Part shown: one piece after another, positions 1-13,905 of the stretch
How positions within the stretch are numbered: the first letter of the stretch is position 1
Layout of the letters: the number at the start of each line of letters is the position of its first letter
DNA from: Octopus vulgaris
Taxonomy: Eukaryota
Direction of reading: 5' to 3'
NCBI GenBank assembly: GCA_951406725.2
Contig: OX597831.1
Span: forward strand, 9,734,001-9,798,000
Length of the DNA stretch: 64,000 nucleotides
Notes under the pieces: generated by a model
What the model was told of the DNA's origin: nothing
Database searches by the model: none
The model's input: only the letters and a program-made list of their open reading frames with translations
Translations under genes and position numbers: made by a program

Positions 1-331
1 TAGCGCCTCCCTGCAAAAAACTTCAGAACTTTGGATATGCGTAGAATAGTTTATTATACATTATATACCCAAGCGAGACTCAATATATTCTGAAACTTTT
101 AAGCTGTAACATTCTGCAACAGGAATTCTAATTTAGAGAGAAAAAAGATAAGTGACGTGGATGAAAGAAAAAAAAAACAGGAAAGTGAAAAAACAAAATT
201 CGAAAACCTTTTCCAAATATTGACATGTTTGTCTATATAGTTCGTTGTGTCCAAATTTCAAAGTCAAAGTTTTGTTAGTTGATAAGTAGCTGCTAGAGTT
301 ATAAGAGCGAAACTTACTCAGATAATCTGAT

Positions 332-526
332 TCACACACAAACACACATACACACAAGATGCTCACATACACAGACACAAAAATGAACGCACACGCACAC
401 ACATATGTATATGCACATATATATGTGTATATAATATATACCTGCATATATATATATATATATATATATGTATGTTTGTATATAGATATACGTATGTATA
501 TTTACATTTATATATGTATGCATGTA

Positions 527-563
<37 letters not shown>

Positions 564-694
564 GTACATATATTTATATATATATATATAAGTATGTATG
601 TATATATATTTATATGTATATATATGTATCTATATATATGTATGTATATATATATATATATGTATATATATGTATGTATATATATATATGTATG

Positions 695-761
<67 letters not shown>

Positions 762-790
762 ATGTATATATACACATATATTCACACAGT
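332..790. repeat. (TA)n/(TG)n/(CA)n compound microsatellite
   Basis: Directly visible; source of the spurious YIYI ORFs. Many similar tracts occur throughout the window. Confidence 0.95.
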
Positions 791-1380
791 GACACACACA
801 TTGAAGCACACACCACATACACATAATAAGCATACACAAAACATGCATATAGCAGACCTTCGCTAAAAAGTGTCAGACTTCAGAAAAATGTAGACAAGTG
901 TCAGTTGTTATATCTTTTTCAGACCGAAAACTCAAAGAGATAGCAAAATAAATTATTCTTGAATCTGACGAAATTCCCAAAATGGCAGCCAAAATATTGT
1001 TAGATGTATATTATCGCATTACTGGCCATCTTCTGATTATATCAAAGAAACTGTTTCCATTGCTTTCTCAATTGCAGATATTTTCTTTTGGTCGTTGTAC
1101 ATGACAAAATTATGAGTTTTATATTTTATTCGCCGGATGGAGCCGATGTGCAATTGGCGAGATATCATTCACCACTTTCAAACTTTCGCCAAATCGGCCG
1201 CACTAGCACGGCAATTATTTCTCGATATCAAAAGAAAGAACGACCATATATATGTTATGGCAGGATTTGAACTCAGAGAGATCGAAAAAGTAAGACAAAC
1301 ATATAATAACTTCTCACGGCTCTCCCCTAGATATATTTTAAGACACATTTGAAAATCCCTAATTGTATTGTTTATTGAAA

Positions 1381-1394
1381 TGATGATAATAATG

Positions 1395-1454
<60 letters not shown>

Positions 1455-1500
1455 TTAATATTAACAAAAACAACAACAATAATAATATAATGATAATAAT
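1381..1500. repeat. (TAA)n microsatellite
   Basis: Directly visible. Confidence 0.95.
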
Positions 1501-1959
1501 GGCATTTATGATTTCTACGTACGTGGTATTTCGTTATTCAACCATAACATACTATACAGTATGTTAAATGTTTTTTTGTAAGTCCATACCACGTTCTACT
1601 GTGTTAGCAGCGCGTTTTACATTATTTTATTAAGCTTATTTCTACAGATAATTCTATAGACATCTCTAATTTGAACAGGTATTTTATTGGAAATTTCACG
1701 ATTTTCACGTTACCAGTAACAATTGAACATGCTGCAAAGAATTGTAACCGATTATAAGAAGATTGTTCTTACATTTGAAGTCAGTTTTGTATAATTTGCT
1801 GCTAATTGCAAATTATGATACCCATATCTGTCTATCTCTCTCTGCCTCTCTCTCTCTCTCTCTCCCACTCTCCCTCTCTATATATATATTTATAAAATTA
1901 ACAGAATGAGATTAAAAAGTCCAAAGCTGTGCAGGATATCAGAACATTTATGAAGAAAC

Positions 1960-2007
1960 GTCTTACGGCTGTTTCCGGGATATTTTATACATCCCTTCAT
2001 CAGACAC
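1960..2007 (-). ncRNA. Type I hammerhead ribozyme motif (slightly decayed)
   Basis: Reverse complement reads GTGT-CTGATGA-AGGGATGTATAAAATATCCCG-GAAA-CAGCC-GTA-AGAC. Confidence 0.7.
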
Positions 2008-2115
2008 AGTGAGGGAAAATGGTTAAGCAATAGTTATTATGTTTTCATTCCTCCATTTCGCTCTGCATTTCCTATCATCTCTATAATAACTATTGCTTAA
2101 CCATTTTCTCTCACC

Positions 2116-2163
2116 GTCTCTGATGAAGGGATATATAAAATATCCCGGAAACAGCTGTAAGAC
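2116..2163 (+). ncRNA. Type I minimal hammerhead ribozyme, intact core
   Basis: Stem I GTCT/AGAC; core CTGATGA; stem II GGGATAT/ATATCCC; GAAA; palindromic stem III ACAGCTGT; GUA cleavage triplet at 2157-2159. Confidence 0.85.
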
Positions 2164-2565
2164 CTTTTCTTCATAAATGTTCGGAAATCTTTCACAGCCT
2201 TGTTTTTTTTTATCCCAATCATCGAACCTGGATCTTAACTATAGTCTGTCAATAGCATATACTTAGCATTACCTGACACATTTGGGTCTTCCAGACACCA
2301 TTACCACTCATACACAAATGTATGTATAGATGTGTATGCTCGTATGTCTACGTGCGTATATGTGTATATACATATGTTTGTGTGTGAATGTGTGTGTTTG
2401 AGTGTCAGGGTGTGTGTGCATGTCTGTATAAATTTGAATATATGTATGCATATATGAGTACGTGGGTATGCTTATGTGTCCACATACACATCGTATGTGC
2501 AGTGGCCTAGAAAATGCTTGCACACATATTGTAAATCCACACATATATTCACTTTAAAATATTAT

Positions 2566-2772
2566 TCTTTACTCTTTAACTCTTTTACTTGTTTCAGTCA
2601 TTTGACTGCGGCCATGCTGGAGCACCGCATTTAGTCGAGCAAATCGACCCCGGGACTTATTCTTTGTAAGCCCAGTACTTATTCTATCGGTCTCTTTTGC
2701 CGAACCGCTATGTGACGGGGACGTAAACACACCAGCATCGGTTGTCAAGCAATGCTAGAGGAACAAACACAG

Positions 2773-2803
<31 letters not shown>

Positions 2804-2974
2804 CACATATACGACAAGCTTCTTTCAGTTTCCGTCTAGCAAATTCACTCACAAGGCTTTGGTCGGCCCGAGGCTATGGCAGAAGACACTTGCCCAAGAT
2901 CCGCGCAGTGGGACTGAACCCACAACCATGTGGCTGGTTAGCAAGCTACTTACCACACAGCCACTCCTGCACCT
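2566..2974 (-). mobile_element. tRNA-derived SINE family A (CORE-like segment, internal TA/TG tract)
   Basis: Head GGxGCAGGAGTGGCTGTGTGGTAAG (A box) and GGTTCAGTCCC (B box), CTTGGGCAAGTG, tail ...CAGTCAAATGACTGAAACAAGTAAAAGAGT; repeated many times in the window. Confidence 0.9.
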
Positions 2975-3899
2975 ATTGTTTAATTTTACCTTAAATATAT
3001 AACTTAAAATACAACAGGTGAGATCCCTGTAATAAATTTTGTCCTAAAATTTGGTATGAAGTGAAAGAGTTTGGCGTATTTCCCTGGAATCAAATTATAA
3101 ACGTGAAATTGAAGCAGCTATTTGTGAACGTCTTGCTTTCAAAGATTTGTTCTCAAAATAACATAAAGATGAGCGATTTCTTCATAAATTACATATAATA
3201 TCTCAAACAACAGATATTGCAATGGAAAATAGGTTCGGAGTACCTTCTGAATGATCGGAAACATACAATTCGGAATAATGGAATTATGCACATTTTACTT
3301 GTAATGTATTAACGAATGCTCTGCATATTGTATTCTGTAATTTACCACTTTTCCATGTTTCAACAGAGACTATAGAGAACTTGTTTCCTATTTATTATAC
3401 ATTTGCTCTGCAAGTTTAACATATTCAAATGGATTTTGGGAAAATTTAGGAACCAGATAACTATTCAATTGTGTTTTTTCAGCAATTTTCAGCTTTAGTT
3501 ATTCATAGCAGTTTTCCACAACAAATAGTTTTAAATCTAACATTTCGTTTCTACAGTTTTGGCCACATTTCGTAGGCCAGGAAGGCTAAATTGCTCAATA
3601 AAGGTACCTGCATACATAAATATACGCACACACACACACGCACATAGTACAAAGGGTCACCAAACCTTCACAAAAGAAAACTACTGGACACAAGAAAACG
3701 GCTACAACAGCCCTAAATTCGCAGACGACTTTCACACGTGACACTCTTCTGCCTGTCATATGACATATCTACTGGACAAGGTTTTAACGGAAGTAGTCAT
3801 GTGGAGGCTCCGTGAACTTAACAGGCCGATGTAGCGGAGAATTGAGTGCAAAATTCCCTTTTTTTCCTTCATGACTATCTTCAAACAATCAATCACAGA

Positions 3900-4043
3900 A
3901 CTTATTCTTTGCAAGCCCAGTACTTATTCTATTGGTCTCTTTTGCCGAACCGCTAAGTTGCGGGGACGTAAACACACCAGCATCCGTTGTCAAGCGATGC
4001 TGGAGGGACAAACACACACACAGACACACACACACACACTCTT

Positions 4044-4111
<68 letters not shown>

Positions 4112-4253
4112 GACGAGCTTCTTTCAGTTTCCGTCTACCAAATCCACTCACAAGACTATAATAGAAGACACTCGCCCAAGGTGCCACCCAGTGCGACTGA
4201 ACTCAGAATTATGTTGTTGATAAGCAAATACTCACTACAAGCCACTCCTGCGC

Positions 4254-4255
<2 letters not shown>
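3900..4255 (-). mobile_element. SINE family A, lacking 3' tail
   Basis: Aligns by eye to 2566-2974. Confidence 0.85.
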
Positions 4256-4325
<70 letters not shown>

Positions 4326-4611
4326 GTATATATATACATGTTAGTGTGGGTGTGTGTGAATGTATGTATATCAATGTATGCGTAAATATATGTATATATA
4401 TTCACGTAGATGTACTAATTCTGGTGAATCTCACTTATGAGTTCTAAGTATTAATTACAGAGCCTGAAATCGATCGATATGGGTTTATCTATTTATCCGT
4501 TAAATGTAGGCTAAATTTTGTTTTGCTCGTTCAATTATGCAAAAGAGTGAACTAGGTTGTTTCGAATCTTTTTCCAAGTACGTTTCATTATGATTATATA
4601 TTTTTTATATA

Positions 4612-5007
4612 TTTATATATAAAAGTGAAGTTGTGTGTCTGTCTCCTACGATTTATTTTCCTAACTACTCCCACATTTTGCGGTGCAGTTTAACCAAAAC
4701 CGGGTATCGTATAGTCGTGATTCATATCGAGCCCTTCTGGGTATTAGCGCGCGTCTACGATGATTCTACGATTTAAAAAAAAAAATTATCATAATTTTTT
4801 CCCATTTTAATGCATTTTTTTCGCTATTATATAAGGGAAGTAACTATCTAAAAATGTCTACGATGAGTCAACGATTTAAAAAAAAATTACCATCATTTTT
4901 TTCCATTTTTAATGCATTTTTTTGCTATTTTTGGGCTATAACTCTCTAAAAATTCTTATATAGTTATTTCCCTTACAAACCCGAGCAACGCCGGGCGATA
5001 CTGCTAG
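4612..5007 (+). mobile_element. Non-autonomous Helitron
   Basis: 3' hairpin CCCGAGCAACGCCGGG then CTAG|T at 5004-5008; 5' T(T)TATATATAAAA start; internal ~100-bp tandem duplication (4753-4955). Confidence 0.8.
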
Positions 5008-5089
5008 TATAATTATAAATCTATATGAATTTTCACCCCTATGGCTACTGATATTACTATTATTATTATCGATATTATTATTTTCATTG

Positions 5090-5445
5090 CTTTTGCATAG
5101 CTTATAACACTGGAAATGTACTACGGTATCAGCTGTTCACTACCAGTGAACTAAGGTAACACGTCTTATTTTGCGAGAACCTTCCTGAGTATTCGAGCGG
5201 TTCCAAACAGGGCAGTTTTCTGCAAGTGCTCCACCATTATTGGAGCCCCTATTTGTTCCACGTACCTCTCGAGATTTTTTATCACTGTTCCCAGGGATCC
5301 CACAATTATTGGTACTACTACTATTACCTTTTTCATCGACCACAACTGCTTAACTACCCAGGCTAACCTGTCATATCTCTCAACTTTTCTATATTCTACC
5401 GAATACCTTGTAAGCTGGTCATGCTACATCTCTGATTTAGCATAG
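5090..5445 (-). mobile_element. R4/Dong-type retrotransposon 3' fragment (restriction-like endonuclease C-terminus)
   Basis: Minus-strand translation ...KQLWSMKKVIVVPIIVGSLGTVIKNLERYVEQIGAPIMVEHLQKTALFGTARILRKVLAK*; flanked by (TTA)n/(TTG)n. Confidence 0.8.
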
Positions 5446-5470
5446 TTTGTTGTTGTTGTTGTTGTTGTTG

Positions 5471-5528
<58 letters not shown>

Positions 5529-5657
5529 CATTATTATTATTATTATTAGTATTATTATGAAATAATAATTTTATCCTTATATATATACATTTGTATGCAT
5601 ATTATATATACATTTTCTTATATAAATATATATTTATATGCACATATGTGAATGTGT

Positions 5658-5700
<43 letters not shown>

Positions 5701-5937
5701 TAAACCTTTAGGGGAATATATTCAATAAGAATATTATATACTGAATTTATATCGGGTGCTCCATTGTATAAAAATATTAATACTATTAAAGTATTTATAT
5801 ATTTAATACGAGCGATATATACATATATTTAAAAAATATATATATATATTTTTTCTCCGTAGTTTTTGTGCTAAGCCACTTGGTGTTAAATTGATGGTAT
5901 TATTAAATTAATATCGATTTTTCACCCTCATTTATAA

Positions 5938-5991
<54 letters not shown>

Positions 5992-6629
5992 CGTATGTGT
6001 GTATATATATAAATATAAATATATATATATGTATATATAAGGAGAAAGAGAAAGAGAAAGAAAGAGAGTGACGAATCGCACATAGACAAAGAACCAGGGA
6101 ATGTGGACAAGAAAACTTGAAGAGCAAGACACACATGCCGCTACACAAATACTGCAAGATTCAAGAAAAATGACGAAGTGAGGAAACAATAATAAGATCT
6201 CACAATATACTTCGACTACATGAAATTAGTTTTCACACCTTACTAAAAACAATACAAAAATTACATGAGAGGATTACGATATGACAATAGACGTAATAAA
6301 TAAATACAAGTGGCAAAAACTCACCATTCCATTAATACATTATATCTTCATACGTTGACAATGACTGCACACGTAGAATAATTATGCTTTTAATGTTTGC
6401 TATTCGTAACAATTAGTGAAACACCTACGAAATGCTCAAAGCCGCTATTTCTAATCACAAGGGAGACGGATCTTCACTTTTCGATTTCACATTTACGTTT
6501 AAACGTTTACTAACACCAACACACCCAGGCGCGTGCACACAGTTACACACATATGTGTGTGCGTATACATATACATTTATATATATATGGATACATACAC
6601 ATACATGTATATGTATATATATTAATTAA

Positions 6630-6799
6630 TCAATATAAGGGTAGTAAAAAATTCACTAGAAATGTTTTGCCACCAGCGGTCTAGTGAGAAAGAGAAAATA
6701 GTCACAGACTATGTATATAATTTCAACAACATTGAGTCTTGGCTGCTCTTTCTAGTGGGTCGAATGGCCTATCGAGGCCGTTCCTCAATGTTGTTGAAA

Positions 6800-6851
<52 letters not shown>

Positions 6852-7330
6852 TGATATATATAATTTTAATATCAATAAAACCAGTATAGCATACAAAAAT
6901 ATGAGGAGTCAGAGAAAATTATAATATATGTGTATATTGGCAGGGCTTACTGCTAGGGAGTCGGCCGTATGCTAGAAATAGACCATCAACGGTCAAACTA
7001 CAAGGATATTCTCTAGAGGAAAAATACAGCGAACACCAGAACCAACTTTGGCGGGCATGACAGATGAAAATCTATATAAAAAACAGAATTAAATGCATAC
7101 CTCGGTTTCAGCCTTAACAAGAGAATTACTTATGCAATCCAAATGTCCGTGCTTCTTCAGTGCATCCGTTCATAGTAATGTAAACGGTAAAGCTAACCCC
7201 ATATTACGTGCCAGTACAGACACGTGTGTAGCTTTACCGATTACACTAGTGATAAAATTTCAAATGTCTTAGTTCTGGCGCGCTAATAAATTTCTGAGGC
7301 GAAGGGCTGCAGTAAATAATTCACTGCGGT
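6630..7330 (-). mobile_element. Penelope-like pseudo-LTR remnant
   Basis: Contains the hammerhead motif at 7093-7165 and local hairpins (6711-6810, 7177-7246); patchy similarity to 21765-22080. Confidence 0.5.
7093..7165 (-). ncRNA. Type I hammerhead ribozyme motif with long loop II
   Basis: Reverse complement: ATGCA-CTGAAGA-AGC...GCT-GAAA-CCGAGG-TA-TGCAT; stem I ATGCA/TGCAT, stem III ACC/GGT, GUA site. Confidence 0.7.
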
Positions 7331-7417
7331 TCGTGCTTATTACTAGAGAACGTATTTATTTCAATATTTAAATAATGAGGGAGATAAATTAATATTAATT
7401 TTAAATTATATATATAT

Positions 7418-7470
<53 letters not shown>

Positions 7471-7485
7471 TATACATAAATATAC

Positions 7486-7520
<35 letters not shown>

Positions 7521-8329
7521 CATATGTATACATATATATACATATATTAGGAGTTCATATTCAAATGAATATTATATATAGATGTTTTTCTATTTATTGT
7601 TATCAGCCTTAAATTTAAATTTAATTTGATTATAATAACGAAAATGTAGGTGGTAGCAAGTAATAATAGCGGTAAATACGTAGAGAATAAAATTTATAAT
7701 TAAAATAGAGCGCGCACACGAGGCCCCTACTTGCTAGAAGGAGAGCTTAATCCGCGAGCAAATCATTGAATTACACTGAAATACACAAGAGATCGACAGC
7801 AATCGAGCAAATGATTGAAGATTATCAAAATCATTTCAAATCAAAGCTGTAGAATGAAGAATCTGTTATACTTATATCATGATTTCGAGTTCTGGCTTCT
7901 GACTTAACTCTACTCAGCAAGCATTACCGTATGAAAAACGAACCGACCTCGTTGAAATCTGTGCCGTTCTACATTCTACCGCGCAAGTTCATAATGACTT
8001 CACTGTAATTCGGTGGTTTAACTGAGGATTCAGCTTCTATATCTAGCAAGTAGGCGCCTCGTTTGTCCTCTATTGTAATTACAATTACAAATTTTATTCT
8101 ATCAATCTCTCTGTATGTCTGTCCCTCGCTCTCTCTATATATATATATATATACACACTTATATATATATACATACAAATATGTATATAATATATACACA
8201 CATATACACACGTGCACATATGTATGTAATGTTTACACAGACACACATGCGCGCGCACGCACACACACACATATAGAGAGACAGACAGACAGACACAGAT
8301 AAGACAGAGGTGCAGAGAGATTAGAGTAA

Positions 8330-8600
8330 TAACTGGTACTTATTTAATCGACCCCGACAGGATGAAAAGCAAAGCCGATCTAGGCGGAATTTGAGCTCAA
8401 AACGTAACGGCAGATGAAATGCCTATTTCTTTACTACCCACAAGGGGCTAAACATAGAGAGGACAAATAAGGACAGACAGACGGATTAAGTCGATTATAT
8501 CGACCCCAGTGCGTAACTGGTACTTAATTTATCGAATCCGAAGAGATGATAGGTAAAGTCAACCTCGGCGGAATATGAACTCAGAACGCAGCGGCGGACG
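8330..8600 (-). mobile_element. SINE family B (Nin/Deu-like core, internally duplicated)
   Basis: Reverse complement matches 18306-18706 and 58068-58440. Confidence 0.85.
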
Positions 8601-9478
8601 ATTGCAGTTAAGAGTTGAGGATTGATGGTCATTTAAAGTGGAAGCAACTTCACTTATAAGGCTAAGAATTAAACCCATGTAACAGAATTTTAAGGATAAC
8701 AGACAAAGAAACTAGAAAAAAAAAAAACATTCCTAGGTGTCTCTAACTAAATGACTGACAGAAAAAACAAAAAAATCTAAAAACAAATCTATTATGAAAA
8801 TAACAGACAAGACAACATTCGATGGAATTTTAGCAGGAATGTTTTCAGCTTCCGGCTGTTTTATGGCCATGGTTTCATTTCTTTCCCGCGTTTTCCATCA
8901 TGCTGGTTCTAAGGATTATTCTATACTTTCAAAATTCTACGAGTAATATAATAGAAATACAACTATTTTGAACATGGTTTTATGGAGAATCTATTCCTCC
9001 CATATGGTTTGCAAAATGTTATCTCCATTACAGATTGAGTTAAGATAATTATATTTTGGTCCGTTTGTATTTCACATGCTGGAGAATATCTACATGGTTA
9101 CTAAACAACAATTATTGATGTTATAAGATTTTTCATTGACTGCTTAGATATCATGATATATACTTGCAAAAGCGCTGAACCAATTTACTGCAACAGAAAA
9201 ACAACGCCTAGTCGTTACGATTTTCATGTGATGCATACCGAAATAACATATGTGCAGTAGCAGTAGAGTTTCAGTTTTCCTAATGCTGCTTTGTATTACA
9301 ACACGCAAAAATATTTATAATTTCCAAAAATATAAAATATATAGATAAACAACTTAACAAATAGTAACATCGTTGAATGTCACAAATTTAAGCAAATTAA
9401 ATGCAAAAGTTCATTTTGTAATATCAAAGACATCATTATGCAGTTAAACAATTTTTGTATGATCTATCAATTAGAATG

Positions 9479-9986
<508 letters not shown>

Positions 9987-11005
9987 GTGTATATATGTAT
10001 ACATATATAAATATACCCACCACACATGCATGCAAACAAGCACACAGAAATATATATATATATGTTCAGAGAAGATTACATTCCAAAACGGTAGTTTTTT
10101 AATGAGGAACTAAGTGGATGCGAGTAACCCTAAGAACGTGCGCTTTTCTCTAGAACGTCTCATTATCCAGTGTGGCTTTACCGGACATTCTTAACATCTC
10201 TACTGAAACGTGTGAAAATTTGTAAATTTAGGTGGCTGTGCGTAGGTTAAAGAACAAGATGCATCTCGTCATGTGGAAGCTGACACAAATATGGATTTAT
10301 GCAATTAAGTAACGCTTTCATAAAAAACGCGTTTCATGTGGTATGCAGATGCATGTGATATTAATTTTTCAGCGAATTAGAAACAATCAATCAATTACGT
10401 GACGTACGAAACACCAGGCTTTTTAAAATGTAAGAGTAAAATTTGAAGAAAATGAATATTCATTATGCGTTTGTTGAAAAGCTACGTAGTTAAAGAAATT
10501 ATCACCGTCTAAATTATGTATAAGCAGACATATATTGGTACGTTCTTAAGTGTATGTGTGTGTGTGTGTGTGTATTATACACAATAAAGCGTAAACCAGA
10601 AGTGAAATAAATTTGAATGAATAAACTCATCCCTTCGCCTTGTTTCTCATCAGTAATACAGGAAGGAACTGTTTAAATTGTTCTAAGTACCCCAGTGAGA
10701 CTTTCTGTGTTGTGCACAGAATGATAATTGTTTAATTAATAGCGAACCGCCAAAACATGAATGCGCAGAGTTGCTTATCCGCCTGATTGCTGGTGAAATT
10801 TATGAGTGCATTTTTCATAGCGGATGAACAGTACATTCGGATGCGGACGGAAACAGATAACTCTCTGTGAAGCGGTGAGCGAACCGTAAAATGGTTCTTC
10901 GGCTGAATTCCTACCCCTCCTGTTCCTTTACATTGATTACCAACTTATTCATTCTTATTACAACCATAGTCAGGCTGTTCCTCTACATCCGTATGTGTAT
11001 ATATA

Positions 11006-11106
<101 letters not shown>

Positions 11107-11107
11107 A

Positions 11108-11148
<41 letters not shown>

Positions 11149-11179
11149 TATTTATCTTTCTATTCTTTTATTCTTTCTG

Positions 11180-11620
11180 TTATTCTTTTATTATTTTACT
11201 TGTTTCAGTCATTTGACCGTGGCCATGCTGGAGCACCGCCTTTAGTCGACCAAATCGACCCCAGGTCTTATTCTTTGTAAGCCTAGTACTTATTCTATCG
11301 GTCTCTTTTGCCGAACCACTAGGCTACGGAGACGTAGACACACCACCATCGGTTGTCAAGCGATGCTGGGATGACAAACACAGACATATACATACACACA
11401 TACACACACACACACACACATATATGTATATATATATATATATATATACATATATGCGACGGGCTTCTTTCAGTTTCCGTCTACCAAATCCACTCACAAG
11501 GCTTTGGTCGGTCCGAGGCTATAGTAGAAGACAGTTGTCCAAGTTGCCACGCAGTGGGACTGCACCCGGAGCCATGTGGTTCGTAAGCAAGCTACTTACC
11601 ACACAGCCACTCCTACGCCT
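11180..11620 (-). mobile_element. SINE family A, full length
   Basis: Head and tail as in 2566-2974. Confidence 0.9.
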
Positions 11621-11868
11621 ATATATATATACATATGCATGTATGTATAACAAGCAATGTAGCTAGTCAGAAAATGTTTATAAGAGATGATAGTAGTAAC
11701 TACAGGAGGAATAATGTTAATCACAACATCAATATGGCTGTTCGAGGTTACTATCGTTTTTAAACTCGGAAAGATCCGTCTCCAGCTGATTACGGATGTA
11801 ATCCGCACCCGATATATGTTGCACTCAAGGGAGCGAACTCCTACCATCTTCTAGCAGACGACGGGATG

Positions 11869-11913
11869 ACGAGACCGAACGGTGTCGGGTAATCTGTACC
11901 CATCGTCAGTGGT
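11869..11913 (-). ncRNA. Type I hammerhead-like motif (GAAA changed to GACA)
   Basis: Reverse complement: ACCA-CTGACGA-T-GGGTA-CAGAT-TACCC-GACA-CCG-TT-CGG-TC-TCGT; stems II and III perfect, GUC site, one stem I mismatch. Confidence 0.6.
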
Positions 11914-12062
11914 AAACACCTGACCGCTAACATAACATCAATCAAATTTTAAACAGAATTATAAAAAATTGGGAGAAATTATATGGATATTTGTATGGAA
12001 ACACATATTTATACACACACACACATATATATATATCTACATATGTACATATATATACATAC

Positions 12063-12148
<86 letters not shown>

Positions 12149-12220
12149 CTGTGTGTACCCTTTATACATAGACACACACACATATGCGTATATACGTCTT
12201 ATACTTACATGCAGACACAA

Positions 12221-12284
<64 letters not shown>

Positions 12285-12291
12285 ATATATA

Positions 12292-12324
<33 letters not shown>

Positions 12325-12640
12325 TTTTTCCCCAACTACAGTCAACCAATCTAGTCAACACACATGATAGATATTATGCTCCCCCAAACAAACAAAAAAT
12401 CACCACGTGGACCTTGTTGAGACTAGTAAGAAACAATTATGATCTTTTTAATTGCACTTAGCTTTTAAAAATATTTTTGATAATGTTCGTATTATCAAGA
12501 AGAACCGAAACATGTAACATTTCTAAGAAAATTAAAATTTATCTATATAGTGGCGTTTTCAAACTTCTTTTTTATAAATATATAGCCACTCGTATACCAC
12601 CTACACTTATTATAAATATATATATATGTATATATATATT

Positions 12641-12703
<63 letters not shown>

Positions 12704-13109
12704 CTGTGTGTGTGTGTATGTGTGTATAAAGTATAATAGTTACAATAGAAAAGGTTGAAATTAGGGAGACTACGATTAACACATACATGTATGGGTTTAA
12801 TTAGGATAAAATAATGATTGTCCAGTCTGATATATTAAAGATATAAAAATAGAGAAATATAGAAATATATGAATAGTAAAAATATGCATGGACATATAGA
12901 TATATGAGATATGTAAACATAATGATACGGTATAAATAAAATAATGTAGTATAGAAAAATACACTTTTGAAATTTCAGATATACAGGAATTGATAGGCAT
13001 TAAAATGAGTTTTTAGTCACATGTTAGTGGAAAATATGGTGTTCCAATAATCATTTGAAGTGTACATTCGTCCAGATTACATATGAAGCTTAAGATTCAT
13101 TTCCAGAGA

Positions 13110-13156
<47 letters not shown>

Positions 13157-13157
13157 A

Positions 13158-13189
<32 letters not shown>

Positions 13190-13204
13190 AATGTGACCGC
13201 ATGT

Positions 13205-13400
13205 CTACCGTTAGCGATTTTTTTCCCTTTGTATTCCCTTCTCTGGATCTTTCCTTCTCCTATTTTTCCGACGAGGATCTTCGCTCGAAACGTTAAACCC
13301 TCCTTCTTCCCTTCCTTCCTGAGCGTCCAATAATACTATATTTGTTCCACGTCCTCGCGTTGTTGTGTTTTCTCTTTGTGTTTTCATGTTTGGATTAACT
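13205..13400 (+). mobile_element. Short Penelope-like repeat with decayed hammerhead (13264-13298)
   Basis: Inverse copy at 56455-56612; TTTT-CCGACGA-...GCTC-GAAACGTT-AAAC. Confidence 0.65.
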
Positions 13401-13532
13401 ATATATATATATACATACACACATGCACCTGGAAGTATATACAAACGATATAACAGTATATACAAAGTATCCTTTCGCTTATACCCATATGGAAGTATGA
13501 TGGCGACAGCTGCTTCTGTTGCTGCGGTTGCT

Positions 13533-13905
13533 GTTGAGCGAAGCGGTCTTCGTCCCAGAGCTCGCAAGATGGGAGAAGTCCGAAACGTAGTCCTTTGCTA
13601 TTCCTAAGACCCACAGAAGAGAAAGCAGGTCAGCCCCCCGACTCACCGAGAGCATCGACGGATGGATGAATGCGCATCCAGGCTCAGCGGTTGCGTAGGA
13701 AGTCGGGAACAAGAAACAGGAAGAAAGAGTGAGAGAAAGTTGGAGCAAAAGAGTACGACAGGGGTCGCTACCACCTCCTGTCGGAGCCTCGTTGAGCTTT
13801 AGGTGTTTTCGCTCAATAAACACACACAACGACTGGTCTGAGAATCGAAACCGCGATCCTCCGACCGCGAGTCCGCTGCCCTAACCACTGGGCCGTTGCG
13901 CCTCC
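13533..13905 (-). mobile_element. tRNA-derived SINE family C
   Basis: Head GGAGGCGCAAxGGCCCAGTGGTTAGGGCAGCGGACTCGCGGTCGGAGGATCGCGGTTTCGATTC; matches 35952-36320. Confidence 0.9.

Larger units (their letters stand above)
1905..2220. mobile_element. Penelope-like inverted pseudo-LTR pair (fold-back), each arm carrying a hammerhead motif
   Basis: ~135-bp imperfect inverted arms (1905-2040 / 2083-2220) with a 42-bp spacer; both contain CTGATGA...GAAA...GTA. Confidence 0.7.

Noticed and set aside
8793-9260. Hydrophobic, coding-looking stretch (possible claudin-like exon)
   Set aside because: Short frames with stops, no convincing splice sites or family motif.
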